Shown here: positions 1 to 10,101 of the stretch, piece by piece
How the letters are laid out: every line of letters begins with the position of its first letter
How positions within the stretch are numbered: position 1 is the first letter of the stretch
NCBI GenBank assembly: GCA_963707025.1
Contig: CAVPOM010000014.1
Span: 224,001-288,000 of the forward strand
Reading direction: 5' to 3'
Source: an uncultured Verrucomicrobiae bacterium
GTDB lineage: Bacteria > Verrucomicrobiota > Verrucomicrobiia > Limisphaerales > Palsa-1400
Length of the DNA stretch: 64,000 nucleotides
Program-made: the position numbers and the translations under genes
Notes under the pieces: model-generated
The model's input: the letters and a program-made list of their open reading frames with translations, nothing else
Databases searched by the model: none
What the model was told of the DNA's origin: nothing

Positions 1-927
1 GTGACCATTGCCGGCGTCACCAATTTTGAGGCCGATGTCAACGGCAACGTCCGCCTGACCCTGGCGGATTGGCTGGCGGAAGGCCAGTTTGTGGCGCAAC
101 TCGCCACCCCCGCCAGCCCCTCCCAGTTCCAACGCGCCGATTGCGCCCCACGCTCCACCCTCGGCGACGGTGCCCTGACCGTCATTGATTGGGTGCAGGT
201 TGGCCGCTACGCGCTGGGCTTGGATCCGCTGACCGTCGCCGGCGGGCCAACCGCCTCATCCGGCAGCGGCACGCCCGTGCCCCCGTCGGCCACGCGACTG
301 CTGATGGTCAGCAGTCCTACGGTGCAAATGGGACTGGCGGGCACGGTCAATCTCAGCATCAGCCTGGCCGCGCAAGGCAACGAAAATGCCGCCGGCTTCA
401 CCTTGAGTTTCCCGCCGGCCAATTTCAGTTTCAGCAGCGCGACTTTGGGCGGCGCGGCGGGCGGGGCCACCCTGATCCTGAATACCAATCAGTTCCATTC
501 CGGCATTTTGGGCGCCGTGCTGGCCCTGCCTCCGGGCAACAGTTTTGCCGCCGGCTCCCAACAACTGCTCTCGGTCAACCTCAACCTGGTGGGAACAAAC
601 TCCGGCGTCTCCACCGTCGCCCTCACCAGCCAGGCGATCAAGTGCGAAGTCTCCGACCCCCTGGCCAATCCCCTGCCCATCGGCATCGTCAACGGAACCA
701 TCACCGTCAATTCCATCCCCGCGCTGGCCATCGCGCTCTCCGGAACGAATGTCGTCCTCTCCTGGCCGCTCTGGGCCAGCAATTTCCTGCTGCAATCGGC
801 CAGCGGCGGCACGCCGCCCCTGGTGCCTTGGTCCAACTCCCCGCTTTCCGTCACCGCCACAACCTCAAACTTCGTCACCCTCCCGCCCACCAACCGCGTG
901 GAATTCTTCCGCCTGGACCAGCCTTGA
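1..927 (+). CDS. C-terminal part of a large secreted/surface protein with dockerin-like repeats, a cohesin-like domain and a C-terminal SWP...FFRL tail (5' end outside window)
   Basis: Two related segments (LTLADWLAEGQFVAQL / LTVIDWVQVGRYALGLD), beta-rich GNENAAGFTLSF domain, terminal LSWP...FFRL. Confidence 0.6.
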   Translation: MTIAGVTNFEADVNGNVRLTLADWLAEGQFVAQLATPASPSQFQRADCAPRSTLGDGALTVIDWVQVGRYALGLDPLTVAGGPTASSGSGTPVPPSATRLLMVSSPTVQMGLAGTVNLSISLAAQGNENAAGFTLSFPPANFSFSSATLGGAAGGATLILNTNQFHSGILGAVLALPPGNSFAAGSQQLLSVNLNLVGTNSGVSTVALTSQAIKCEVSDPLANPLPIGIVNGTITVNSIPALAIALSGTNVVLSWPLWASNFLLQSASGGTPPLVPWSNSPLSVTATTSNFVTLPPTNRVEFFRLDQP

Positions 928-1014
928 TTCCGGCGCAAATCTCTGCCACACTCCGGGCTGTGGAACAGAAAAATCGGAGAACCTGACGGCGTTAAAACCG
1001 TCCTGCCTTGATTC

Positions 1015-1983
1015 ATGAAACTGCCCTCTCTCTCCGTCATCGTTCCCAATTACAATCACTCGCAGCACTTGCCCGCCTGCCTCCGCGCCATTGCCACCCA
1101 GTCGGTGCCGGCCGATGAAATCATCGTCGTGGATGACGCCTCCACCGACAACAGTGTCGCAGTACTCGAAGGTTTGGCGCGCCAATATCCCTCCCTGAAA
1201 GTTTACCGCAACCCTGTCAATCAAGGATTCATGGGCACGGTCAACCGGGGAGTGGATCTGGCCAGGGGTCAGTTCCTCTGTCTGCCGGGGGCGGACGACG
1301 AAATCAGGCCCGGGCTTTTCGAAAAGTCGCTCGGTCTTTTGGCCCAATTTCCCCAGGCCGGTTTGTGCGGCGCCATTTGCCGGATGTTCGACCTGAAAAG
1401 CAACTTGAGCTATGATTTTGGCGTCGCCATTTCCAGCCAGCCTTGCTATCTCCCCCCGCCCAAAGTGGTGGAACTGGCCCGGCAAGGCCGCCTGCTCGTT
1501 TTTGCCTCCACCTTTCTCTGGCGGCGCGATGCCTTCCTTCAAGCCGGCAAATATCATGTGCCCCTGCGCTGGCACTGCGACTGGTTTGCCATGTTCGCCA
1601 TCGCCTTCCGTCACGGCCTCTGTTTCGTCCCGGAAGTGCTGGGCGAGTTCCGCCTGGACCCATCCAGCGTGTCCAATCGCGGCAAAAAAAAACTCAAGGT
1701 CCAGCTCGAAGTTCTGCGCTGCGCTTTGGACCTGCTGGAGCGGCCGGAGAATCAGGACGTCGCGCCGCTCTTCCGCCAAAGCGGCCTGCTGGCCCCCTTT
1801 GGCAAGGAGATGCTCTGGCTGGTCCTGACCCGCCGCCGCTACTGGAAAAACATCAATCCAACCTTCCTGCGCCACTCCCTCTGGTGGACCCTCCGCATTG
1901 AAGCAAAAAAAATTCTGCCCCGCTCCGTCGCCCGCCTCTACTATCAATGGGCAGGCGTCAGCACGCCGGCATCGGCCACCTGA
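1015..1983 (+). CDS. Glycosyltransferase family 2
   Basis: SVIVPNYN and IIVVDDASTD motifs, GADD DxD-like motif. Confidence 0.9.
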   Translation: MKLPSLSVIVPNYNHSQHLPACLRAIATQSVPADEIIVVDDASTDNSVAVLEGLARQYPSLKVYRNPVNQGFMGTVNRGVDLARGQFLCLPGADDEIRPGLFEKSLGLLAQFPQAGLCGAICRMFDLKSNLSYDFGVAISSQPCYLPPPKVVELARQGRLLVFASTFLWRRDAFLQAGKYHVPLRWHCDWFAMFAIAFRHGLCFVPEVLGEFRLDPSSVSNRGKKKLKVQLEVLRCALDLLERPENQDVAPLFRQSGLLAPFGKEMLWLVLTRRRYWKNINPTFLRHSLWWTLRIEAKKILPRSVARLYYQWAGVSTPASAT

Positions 1984-1992
1984 CACGCCCTT

Positions 1993-2532
1993 ATGAACAA
2001 ACCCAGCCTTGGCCCGCGCCGGATCGTTTACCAAAATGCCTTCCTCAAAATCTCCCGCGTCCGGGTTCAGTTTCCCGGCTTTGCCAAAACCATCTTCGTC
2101 AGCCATTATGGCCCCCGCGCCGGCGTCCTGTTGCTCCAGAATGAAAAAGTCCTGTTCGTCCGGCAATATCGCCTGCTCGTCAACGGCCTGGCTCTGGAAA
2201 TTCCCGGCGGCAAGGTGGAGGACGCCGAACCCCCCCGCACCGCCGCCCTCCGGGAATGCATGGAAGAAACCTGTTTGCGTTGCCTCAACCTCAAACCCCT
2301 TTTGTTCTACCAGCCCGGCCTCGATACCGACGACAATCCCACCTCGGTCTTTTACTGCACGCGATCGCAACCCGTCCCGCGCCAAAAATTGGACCGCCGG
2401 GAAATCGCCGAACTGGTTTGGATTCCATTCTCCCGCTGCGTCGAGATGGTTTTTGCAAAGCAGATTGTGGACGGCCTTTCCGTCGCCGCCATTCTGGCCT
2501 GGCAAGTAAGGAAAAGGCGCCGCCATGTCTAG
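1993..2532 (+). CDS. NUDIX hydrolase (ADP-ribose/NDP-sugar pyrophosphatase-like)
   Basis: Nudix box GGKVEDAEPPRTAALRECMEET; VRQYR. Confidence 0.9.
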   Translation: MNKPSLGPRRIVYQNAFLKISRVRVQFPGFAKTIFVSHYGPRAGVLLLQNEKVLFVRQYRLLVNGLALEIPGGKVEDAEPPRTAALRECMEETCLRCLNLKPLLFYQPGLDTDDNPTSVFYCTRSQPVPRQKLDRREIAELVWIPFSRCVEMVFAKQIVDGLSVAAILAWQVRKRRRHV

Positions 2533-3121
2533 CCCGCCAAGCCCTGGCCGCGCCGCCTTTCTCGACCGCGACGGCGTGCTCATTGAAGACGTGGATTGGC
2601 TGATCCGCCCCGCCCAAATCCGCCTTTTCCCCGGGGTGCCGCAAGCTTTGCGCCGCCTGGCCGAAGCCGGCTTCCGCCTCATCGTCGCCACCAACCAACC
2701 CATCATCGCCCGCGGCCTGGCCACCGAAGCCGAGTTGGAATTGCTCCATGCCGCCCTGGCCGCGCAATTGACCGCCGCCGGCGCGCCTGCCTTGGATCGT
2801 TTCTATTTCTGTCCCCATCACCCCAAGGCGACCTTGCCGGCCTATCGCCTCATCTGCGACTGCCGCAAACCGCGTCCCGGCCTGCTCCGGCGCGCCGCCG
2901 GGGATTTCGGCCTGGATTTGCGCGCCTGCTTCATGGTCGGCGACCGCGCCAGCGACATTGCCGCCGGCGCCGCCGCCGGCTGCCGCACCGTCCTGGTGCA
3001 AACCGGCAAACACCTGCTGCCGCCCATTCAAACCGCCGACCCCATGGATCCACTGCTCAAACCGGATTGGACTTGCCCCGATCTTCCCGCCGCGGCTGAA
3101 TGGATTGTGAACCATAAATGA
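2525..3121 (+). CDS. gmhB: D-glycero-D-manno-heptose-1,7-bisphosphate phosphatase (HAD IIIA)
   Basis: FLDRDGVL, TNQ, CPHHP...CDCRKP, MVGDRASD. Confidence 0.85.
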   Translation: MSSPPSPGRAAFLDRDGVLIEDVDWLIRPAQIRLFPGVPQALRRLAEAGFRLIVATNQPIIARGLATEAELELLHAALAAQLTAAGAPALDRFYFCPHHPKATLPAYRLICDCRKPRPGLLRRAAGDFGLDLRACFMVGDRASDIAAGAAAGCRTVLVQTGKHLLPPIQTADPMDPLLKPDWTCPDLPAAAEWIVNHK

Positions 3122-3150
3122 CACCATTTCCAACCGCCCCACTTAAAAAG

Positions 3151-3182
3151 GTAGGGCGGGTCCCGAATTATCGGGACCCGCC
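3151..3182 (+). repeat. GTAG-type REP-like palindrome
   Basis: GTAG followed by 12-bp perfect stem GGCGGGTCCCGA-ATTA-TCGGGACCCGCC. Confidence 0.7.
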
Positions 3183-3190
3183 GCGGCTGA

Positions 3191-3943
3191 ATGGATTCTA
3201 AACAACCCATGAGAGCAATGGTTTTGTGCGCAGGCTACGGGACACGGCTGGGGGATCTCACGCGCGAGACTCCCAAGCCCATGCTCCCACTCAACGGACG
3301 CCCCATCCTGGAATACATCCTCGCCCACTTGCGCTCCCACCATTTTGACCAGGTCGCCGTCAACCTTCACTTTCTGCCCCAGGCCATCCGCGCTCATTTT
3401 GGCGGCGGCTCCGCCCTGAAAATCGAGCTGGCTTATGTTTATGAAGACCGCCTGCTCGGCACCGCCGGCGGCATCAAAAACATGGAACCCTTCCTCAGTC
3501 TGAGCGATCCGTTCCTGGTCCAATATGGTGACGTCGTGACCGACCAGGATTTCACCGCCATGCTCCGCTTTCACCGCGAGCGCGCGGCCCTGGCCACCCT
3601 GCTCCTCCACCAAAGCGCCCGCTCCAACAGCCTGGTCAGCCTCGATGACCAGGGGCGCATTACCGGATTGCTGGAGCGGCCCGATGACCAATCCCGCCGC
3701 GGCCTGCCCACCAACTGGGTCAATTCCGGCATTTGCCTCTGCCGGCCCGAAATTTTTGCCCGTATTCCGCCGCAAACACCCTGCGATTTGCCGCGCGACA
3801 TCTTTCCAAAGTTGATTCCCACCGGCCGTCTCTTCGGCTTTCCCCTTTCCGGCTATCGTTGCGCCATTGATTCCCCGGCCCGCCTGGCCGAGGCCGCCGC
3901 CGCCCTCGCCGAAGGCCGCTGCCGCATTTCCCTCGCGCCGTGA
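3191..3943 (+). CDS. Sugar-1-phosphate nucleotidyltransferase (HddC/mannose-1-P guanylyltransferase-like); start may be 3209
   Basis: LCAGYGTRL, PKPML, LGTAGG, YGD motifs. Confidence 0.85.
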   Translation: MDSKQPMRAMVLCAGYGTRLGDLTRETPKPMLPLNGRPILEYILAHLRSHHFDQVAVNLHFLPQAIRAHFGGGSALKIELAYVYEDRLLGTAGGIKNMEPFLSLSDPFLVQYGDVVTDQDFTAMLRFHRERAALATLLLHQSARSNSLVSLDDQGRITGLLERPDDQSRRGLPTNWVNSGICLCRPEIFARIPPQTPCDLPRDIFPKLIPTGRLFGFPLSGYRCAIDSPARLAEAAAALAEGRCRISLAP

Positions 3944-4189
3944 AACGGCCAACCGGCTTCCCGCAGTGTCACGCCAAAGCGCGTCAGTTCTTTTTTGTGT
4001 TGTTGCGGGCGGGGCGCGCCCTTCTCAATTTCGCCCAATCCGCCTGACTTTCGTTTCACGCCGCAATGAGAAATTACTGTGAGGCGCTTCTTTCAAAAAC
4101 CAGCGGAAAGCCGCCGCCGCCCGCGCCGGGCCGGGGTCCATCCCGAAAAGTGCTTGGTTGAAAGGAGATCCGTCTTTATATTGTGCCTT

Positions 4190-4669
4190 ATGGTTCATGT
4201 TGGAATCGGTTACGATGTTCATCAGTTGGTCGAAGGCCGCCAGTTGATCCTGGGCGGCGTCACCATCCCCCATCCCAAGGGGTTGGACGGCCATTCCGAT
4301 GCCGACGTCCTCATGCATGCCATCTGCGACGCCATCCTCGGCGCCCTCGGCCAGGGCGACATCGGTACTTTTTTCCCCAATACCGACCCGCGCTGGAAAG
4401 GCGCGCCCAGCAAAGTCTTTTTGCAGGAAGCCGCCCGCCAAGTCCGATTCCACAACGGCAAGATTGTCAACGTGGACGCCACCATCATCGCCCAACAGCC
4501 CAAACTCCAGCCCCAAGTCGCTGACATGAAATCCAACGTGGCGGAAGCCCTGAGCATCCACTTCAAAAAAATCGGCATCAAGGCCACCACCAACGAACGC
4601 CTCGGCTTCATCGGCCGGGAGGAAGGCATTGCCGCCCTGGCGGTGGCCGCCGTGGATTTACCCCAATGA
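4190..4669 (+). CDS. ispF: 2-C-methyl-D-erythritol 2,4-cyclodiphosphate synthase
   Basis: VGIGYDVH, GHSDADV, GDIG, KATTNERLG. Confidence 0.95.
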   Translation: MVHVGIGYDVHQLVEGRQLILGGVTIPHPKGLDGHSDADVLMHAICDAILGALGQGDIGTFFPNTDPRWKGAPSKVFLQEAARQVRFHNGKIVNVDATIIAQQPKLQPQVADMKSNVAEALSIHFKKIGIKATTNERLGFIGREEGIAALAVAAVDLPQ

Positions 4670-4673
4670 TCTC

Positions 4674-4982
4674 ATGCCAAAAGCCGAAATCAGTTGGAAA
4701 CGCCGGACGGAGGACGGCGCCCCCTTGCAATGTTACGCCCAACATGTCGGCAAACGCTGGCTCTTCTACCGCCGCAATAAACGCTTCGATCAATGGCAGC
4801 CCGTGGAAAATCCGCCGGTGGAGGACTGGCTGGCCTTGCTCGATTCCGTCCGCCGCCGCATCAACCGCCGCCTGCTCCGTCCCGAAGAGGAAGATCGCCT
4901 GGTCAAAACTATCACGGAAAGACATCCCGGCGCCGACACCCGCGCCGCAATCGCCGCGCCAACCAATGAAGCCCCGCAATAA
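4674..4982 (+). CDS. Hypothetical protein
   Basis: ATG 5 nt after ispF stop; plausible Trp-rich globular sequence. Confidence 0.6.
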   Translation: MPKAEISWKRRTEDGAPLQCYAQHVGKRWLFYRRNKRFDQWQPVENPPVEDWLALLDSVRRRINRRLLRPEEEDRLVKTITERHPGADTRAAIAAPTNEAPQ

Positions 4983-5907
4983 AAGCGCACCCCCGCCGCC
5001 TCGCCTGGCGGGGCGCGCACCCCGTGCGCGCCCCCGCGGGCCCCGGAGCGCCCGGCCGGCCTCTCCCGGCCCACCCAAAACCGGCCGCCCACCTAAAAAC
5101 CGCCCGTCCGCCATCCGCCATCCGCAACTGGCCCCGTCCAAGCCGGGCGGAGGCGGCTCGGCCATTCCCACCATCCTCGTCGCCCCCGCCACTGAACGGC
5201 AAGGCGCCGAGTTTGCCGATTGGTCGCTCAGTTTGTCCAATCGTTACACCGACGCCCTCATGGCCGCCGGCGCTTTGCCGGTCATTTTGCCTGCCGCCGC
5301 TCCCCGCGAAGTCATCGCCCAGGCGGTGGGCCGTTGCGACGGCGTTCTCCTGACCGGTGGAGACGACATTGATCCCAAGTGGTATGCGCCCGCCTTGCCG
5401 GCGGCCCTGGCCAAAACCACCGGCGCGCACGACGCGGCGAGAGACCTTTGGGAAAAGCTGTTGATCGAGCAAGTTTTCCAGCAGGGCAAGCCCCTGTTCG
5501 GGATCTGCCGCGGCCAGCAGATGTTGAACGTCGCCCTGGGCGGCTCCCTCCTGGTGGATATCCCCAGCCAGGTCCCCAACGCCCTTAATCACAATCAAAT
5601 GGCGCGAAAGACCGAACCGGTGCATAGTATAAGGGTTGTCGCGGGCAGTTTGCTCGCCAATATCGCGGGCGGGACGACCTTGGAGGTCAACAGCACCCAC
5701 CACCAGGCGGTCGGCCGCGTGGCCGGGCCGTTGCGGGCGGTGGCGCACAGCGCGGACGGGGTGATCGAAGCGCTGGAGTTGCAAGACCCCGGCCGGTTGC
5801 CGTTCTTGTTGACCGTCCAATTTCACCCGGAGCGTATGCTTGACGGGAGCGCATCGTTTCTGCGATTATTCAGCAGTTTTGTTCGCGCCAGCGCACGGCG
5901 GAATTAA
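4966..5907 (+). CDS. Peptidase C26 / gamma-glutamyl-gamma-aminobutyrate hydrolase family (start uncertain; low-complexity N-terminus)
   Basis: LLTGGDDIDP, GICRGQQ, NSTHHQA, QFHPE class I glutamine amidotransferase motifs. Confidence 0.85.
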   Translation: MKPRNKSAPPPPRLAGRAPRARPRGPRSARPASPGPPKTGRPPKNRPSAIRHPQLAPSKPGGGGSAIPTILVAPATERQGAEFADWSLSLSNRYTDALMAAGALPVILPAAAPREVIAQAVGRCDGVLLTGGDDIDPKWYAPALPAALAKTTGAHDAARDLWEKLLIEQVFQQGKPLFGICRGQQMLNVALGGSLLVDIPSQVPNALNHNQMARKTEPVHSIRVVAGSLLANIAGGTTLEVNSTHHQAVGRVAGPLRAVAHSADGVIEALELQDPGRLPFLLTVQFHPERMLDGSASFLRLFSSFVRASARRN

Positions 5908-5915
5908 AAAGATTT

Positions 5916-7253
5916 ATGAAATCGAAAGTCATGGTGGTGGACGATACCGAAGGCATCCGGGATCTGTTGAAGGCCATTCTCGAAAGGGAAGGCTATGAAG
6001 CAATCCTCAAAGTCAGCGCCGCGGAATTGACGGGCGCCTTCGCCCAAACGCAACCGGATATCATCTTGCTGGACCTGGTCCTGCCCGACGGCGACGGCCT
6101 GGAACTGCTGCCGCAAATCAAAAAACAATGGCCCGACACCGAAGTCATTGTGCTCACCGGCCACGCCACCTTTGACGCGGCCGTGGAAGCGACCAAGCGC
6201 GGCGCTTACCATTTCCAAAACAAACCCTTCGATGCCAAAACGCTCCTCCTTTCAGTGGAGCGCGCCCTGGAACACAAGCGCCTCAACGAGGAGGCCAGTT
6301 CCCTGCGCAAAGCCCTGGCCACCATGAGCGGCGGCACCGCGCCCATCTTCCAAAGCCTGGCCATGAAGGCCATCGTCCGCACCATCGAAAAAGTCGCCCC
6401 CAGCGACCTTTCCATCCTCATCACCGGCGAAAGCGGCACGGGCAAGGAAGTCATCGCCGACCTCATCCACAATTTAAGCCCCCGCTGCAAGGGGCCCCTC
6501 ATCAAGATCAATTGCGCCGCCCTGCCCCGGGAATTGATCGAAAGCGAATTGTTCGGCTCCGTCAAAGGCGCCTTCACCGGGGCCAACATGGACCGCGAAG
6601 GTTTGTTCAAGCAGGCCGAAGGCGGCACCCTCCTCCTGGACGAAATTTCCGAAATGCCCATTGACACCCAAAGCAAGCTCTTGCGCGTTCTGCAGGAAAA
6701 AGAAGTCCGCCCCGTCGGCGGCCGCTCCAGTTACAAAAGCGATTGCCGCATCATCGCCTCCACCAACCGCCAGGTCGAGGAAGCCGTCAAATCCGGCAAG
6801 TTGCGCGACGACCTGCGCTACCGCATCTGCGCCACCTCCGTCCATCTTCCCCCGTTGCGCGAGCACCGGGAGGACATCATGCCCCTGGCCAACGCCTTCC
6901 TCAAGCGCTACGGCTCCCAGGCCGGGCGCGAGATCACCGGCTTTACCCCGGCGGCCACCGAGGCCTTGCGCGCCTTCGACTGGCCAGGCAACGTCCGCCA
7001 GTTGCAAAATGAAATCCAGCGCGCCGTTCTCATGTGCGAAGGCAGCACGGTGGACGCCCGCGACCTCTCCATCACCACCATGATGAATCAAAAGGACAAC
7101 CCCGACCTCACCTTGATGGAAGCCATGGAACGCAACGCCATCATCCAGATGCTCAAGGAAACCGGCGGCAACAAACTCGAAACCGCCAAGCGCCTCGGCA
7201 TCGGCCGCCAGACCCTCTACAACAAAATCAAAATCTACGGCATCGAGCCGTAG
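5916..7253 (+). CDS. Sigma-54-dependent response regulator (NtrC family)
   Basis: Receiver domain, GESGTGKE, GAFTGA, WPGNVRQL, C-terminal Fis-type HTH. Confidence 0.95.
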   Translation: MKSKVMVVDDTEGIRDLLKAILEREGYEAILKVSAAELTGAFAQTQPDIILLDLVLPDGDGLELLPQIKKQWPDTEVIVLTGHATFDAAVEATKRGAYHFQNKPFDAKTLLLSVERALEHKRLNEEASSLRKALATMSGGTAPIFQSLAMKAIVRTIEKVAPSDLSILITGESGTGKEVIADLIHNLSPRCKGPLIKINCAALPRELIESELFGSVKGAFTGANMDREGLFKQAEGGTLLLDEISEMPIDTQSKLLRVLQEKEVRPVGGRSSYKSDCRIIASTNRQVEEAVKSGKLRDDLRYRICATSVHLPPLREHREDIMPLANAFLKRYGSQAGREITGFTPAATEALRAFDWPGNVRQLQNEIQRAVLMCEGSTVDARDLSITTMMNQKDNPDLTLMEAMERNAIIQMLKETGGNKLETAKRLGIGRQTLYNKIKIYGIEP

Positions 7254-7305
7254 CGGCTGGCCCGCATCCGTCCTCTGGGCCCCACAGGTCCCATCCCATC
7301 AATCT

Positions 7306-9708
7306 TCACCGGCTTTGCAGCGTCAGCCGCGCCTCGGGCAACCCCGGCGCCGTCACCGTCACATATATCGCTCCGCTCTGCTGCGGCAGGCTTTGCACCA
7401 CGGCCAGCCCCCGCCCCCGGTTCAATTGCCGCGACGGGCTGCGCAACGGCGTCGCATCATTCTGATTGCCGTTGTCCACCGCCAGCAACCGGCCCGCGCC
7501 GCTCACCTGCACCAGGCACAGGGCGTCGCCGTGCGGCGCCAGCACCCCCTTGGCGTCCACCAGCCGCAACTCGATGTTCGCCGCGTCTTCCCCATCGGCC
7601 TTGAGCCTCGCATGATCGGGCGCCAGCTCAATCCGCGCCGCCTGGCCCGCCGTGGCCAGGCGATACTCAACCTTCGTTCCATCGCGCCATCCGACGGCTT
7701 GCAACTCGCCCGGTTGGAACGCCACGTTCCATCGCAAAATCCGGTCCGGCGCCTCCGCCGGCTTCTTCACCCCCAGCGATTTTCCGTTCAGCAACAGTTC
7801 CACCGTCTTGCAATTGGAATATACTTCCACCGGCAGGTTCGTCCGCGGGTCTTCCGCCCAATTCCAATGGCTTTCCGCCTCGCCAAACCGTCCGCGCCCG
7901 AACCCGCCCCCGCGCGCAACGGGGCGAACCCCGGCGAACACCATCGGCTTCTCCGACCAAAGCGATTCGCGGAACCAGGCGCGCGGCTTGAGGAAGCCGC
8001 AGGTGTCAAGCAAACCGCTGCCCGAGCCATGATTGGGCCAGGCGTTGGCTTCGCCCAGAAAATCAATGCCCACCCACAGAAATTGTCCGGTCACGCGCGC
8101 ATTGCTGGCGATCAGGTCCACAAAACTCGTTTCCATGCCGTCCTCGCTCCCCACAAATTTGCGGTTCGGATATTTCACCAGATCGCCCTCCAGTTGGTCC
8201 AACTGGTAATTGTAACCCACTACGTCCAGTTCATCGGCCAGGCCAATCGCATTGGAAGTGCGCAGCGCCGCCAATCCCGCCGTGATGGGCCGCGTGCGGT
8301 CGCCCCGCCGCACCGCCGCGATCAGCCTGGCTCCGTCCCCGGTCAGGACCCCGGCTGTCCGGTCGTTGAACGGATCGTTCGGATAATCCACCTCATTGCC
8401 AATGCTCCACAGCACGACCGAAGGATGGTTGCGGTCCCGCAATACCATGTCCAGCATGTCCGCGTCCCCCCATTGCGCGAAGAACTCCGAATAACTGCCG
8501 TGCAGCGATGGCCGGCCGGCATTGCGCCCGACCACCCATTTGTGTTTGGAGCCGCTCCATTCATCAAACGCCTCGTCCATGACAAGCAATCCCAGCCGGT
8601 CGCACATCTCCAGCAACTCCGGCGCGGGCGCGTTATGGCTGGTGCGGATGGCATTGCAGCCCATCCCTTTGAGAATGCGCAAGCGCCGTTCCAGCGCCGC
8701 CTCCGGCACCGCCGCCCCCAGCGCGCCCCCGTCGTGGTGCAGGCACACCCCCTTGAATTTGGTAGGCAGGCCGTTGAGCAGAAATCCCCGTTGCGCGTCA
8801 AACTCAATGTCGCGGATGCCAAAAGTCGTGTTGACTGCATCCAGGGTCCGTCCTCCCGCGCGCACCGTCGTCACCGCCGTGTAAAGCGCCGGGGAATCCG
8901 GCGACCACAGTTTGGGCGAAATCACCGGCACCCTCTGCAAAACCACGATTCTTTCTCCGGCGGCCAGCGCCGTTGTGCCGCTCGTTTCACCCGCGCGCCG
9001 GCCCCGGCCATCCAGCAATTCGGTCCGCAGCTCGATCTCGCCCGACTCCCCCTCGTTTTCCAGGGTCGTTCGGATTTGCACGTCCGCCAGGCCCTCCGTC
9101 GCCCCCGGCGTCTCCACAAAGACCCCGTCCCGGCTGACATGCGCCTTCTCCGTGGCCACCAGCCAGACGTGCCGGTAAATTCCCGAACCGACATAAAAAC
9201 GCGAGTCGTCCATCGCGGCATGATCCACCCGTACGGCCAGGACATTCGTGCCGCCCAATTTCAAATGCGGCGTCAGATCGCAGGCAAAGGTCGTATAAGC
9301 CCAAGGCCGTCCTCCCACCGGCTCTCCGTTGAGCCAGACCTGGCTTTTTTCCGAGACCCCGTCGAATTGCACGCTGACCATTTTCTCCCCCCACCCCACC
9401 GGCGCGAAAAAGCTCTTCCGGTACCAGGCGATCCCTCCCGGCAGATACCCGGTGCAACTGAAATTGTTGGTCGAAAAATCGCCCTCCACGCTGAAGTCAT
9501 GCGGCACGTTCAACACGCGCCAGCCTGCGTCGGCAAAATCGGCGCGGCTGGCCTCCGCCACCTCCCCCAAATGAAACCGCCAGTCCATATCCAAGGACTG
9601 CCGCACCCGCGGCGGGGACGCCGCGTGCGAAAAAATCGTCATGTGCCACAACCCCGCCGCCACGAGCCACATCTTCACCATTCCCCAATGCCATCGCCAG
9701 GAATTCAT
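7306..9708 (-). CDS. Glycoside hydrolase family 2 (beta-galactosidase-like), secreted; start uncertain
   Basis: GIYRHV, KGVCLHHD, NAIRTSHN, RDRNHPSVVLWSIGNE. Confidence 0.9.
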   Translation of the reverse strand: MNSWRWHWGMVKMWLVAAGLWHMTIFSHAASPPRVRQSLDMDWRFHLGEVAEASRADFADAGWRVLNVPHDFSVEGDFSTNNFSCTGYLPGGIAWYRKSFFAPVGWGEKMVSVQFDGVSEKSQVWLNGEPVGGRPWAYTTFACDLTPHLKLGGTNVLAVRVDHAAMDDSRFYVGSGIYRHVWLVATEKAHVSRDGVFVETPGATEGLADVQIRTTLENEGESGEIELRTELLDGRGRRAGETSGTTALAAGERIVVLQRVPVISPKLWSPDSPALYTAVTTVRAGGRTLDAVNTTFGIRDIEFDAQRGFLLNGLPTKFKGVCLHHDGGALGAAVPEAALERRLRILKGMGCNAIRTSHNAPAPELLEMCDRLGLLVMDEAFDEWSGSKHKWVVGRNAGRPSLHGSYSEFFAQWGDADMLDMVLRDRNHPSVVLWSIGNEVDYPNDPFNDRTAGVLTGDGARLIAAVRRGDRTRPITAGLAALRTSNAIGLADELDVVGYNYQLDQLEGDLVKYPNRKFVGSEDGMETSFVDLIASNARVTGQFLWVGIDFLGEANAWPNHGSGSGLLDTCGFLKPRAWFRESLWSEKPMVFAGVRPVARGGGFGRGRFGEAESHWNWAEDPRTNLPVEVYSNCKTVELLLNGKSLGVKKPAEAPDRILRWNVAFQPGELQAVGWRDGTKVEYRLATAGQAARIELAPDHARLKADGEDAANIELRLVDAKGVLAPHGDALCLVQVSGAGRLLAVDNGNQNDATPLRSPSRQLNRGRGLAVVQSLPQQSGAIYVTVTAPGLPEARLTLQSR

Positions 9709-9764
9709 CGGCCCACTTTATGCCACACGGCCCTCCCCAGGCAAGGCAATGTGACAGACCACAC

Positions 9765-9880
9765 CGCAGTACGACAAAGCCCTTGTGGTCAGCGGCAACG
9801 CGGACGAATTCCATCCGCCGGGCGCTGCATCCGGCCAGAAGCGAGACGACCGCGAAAATTATGAGACAGCGATGCTTCAT
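9765..9880 (-). pseudogene. 5' remnant of a lipoprotein gene, possibly a glycoside hydrolase
   Basis: Signal peptide with lipobox LLAGC, then MEFVRVAADHKGFV, after which the frame stops looking coding. Confidence 0.35.
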
Positions 9881-10101
9881 TGGCCCTGCAACAAGCTAAT
9901 CTTGGGTCAATCCACTTCAAGCCCATTGTCCTTGCCGCAATGAGGGACCACTCCAGCCATCGCGGCACGGCGGCCAGGAAAACTGAACACTTTTACTAAA
10001 AGCCAGTATTATTCAATCCGATTTAGCTGAGTGGCCCCAAAAATGCTCATTGATGACGACTGAGACCGCAATGAGCGTGCAACTGTCATACTATTAACAT
10101 T

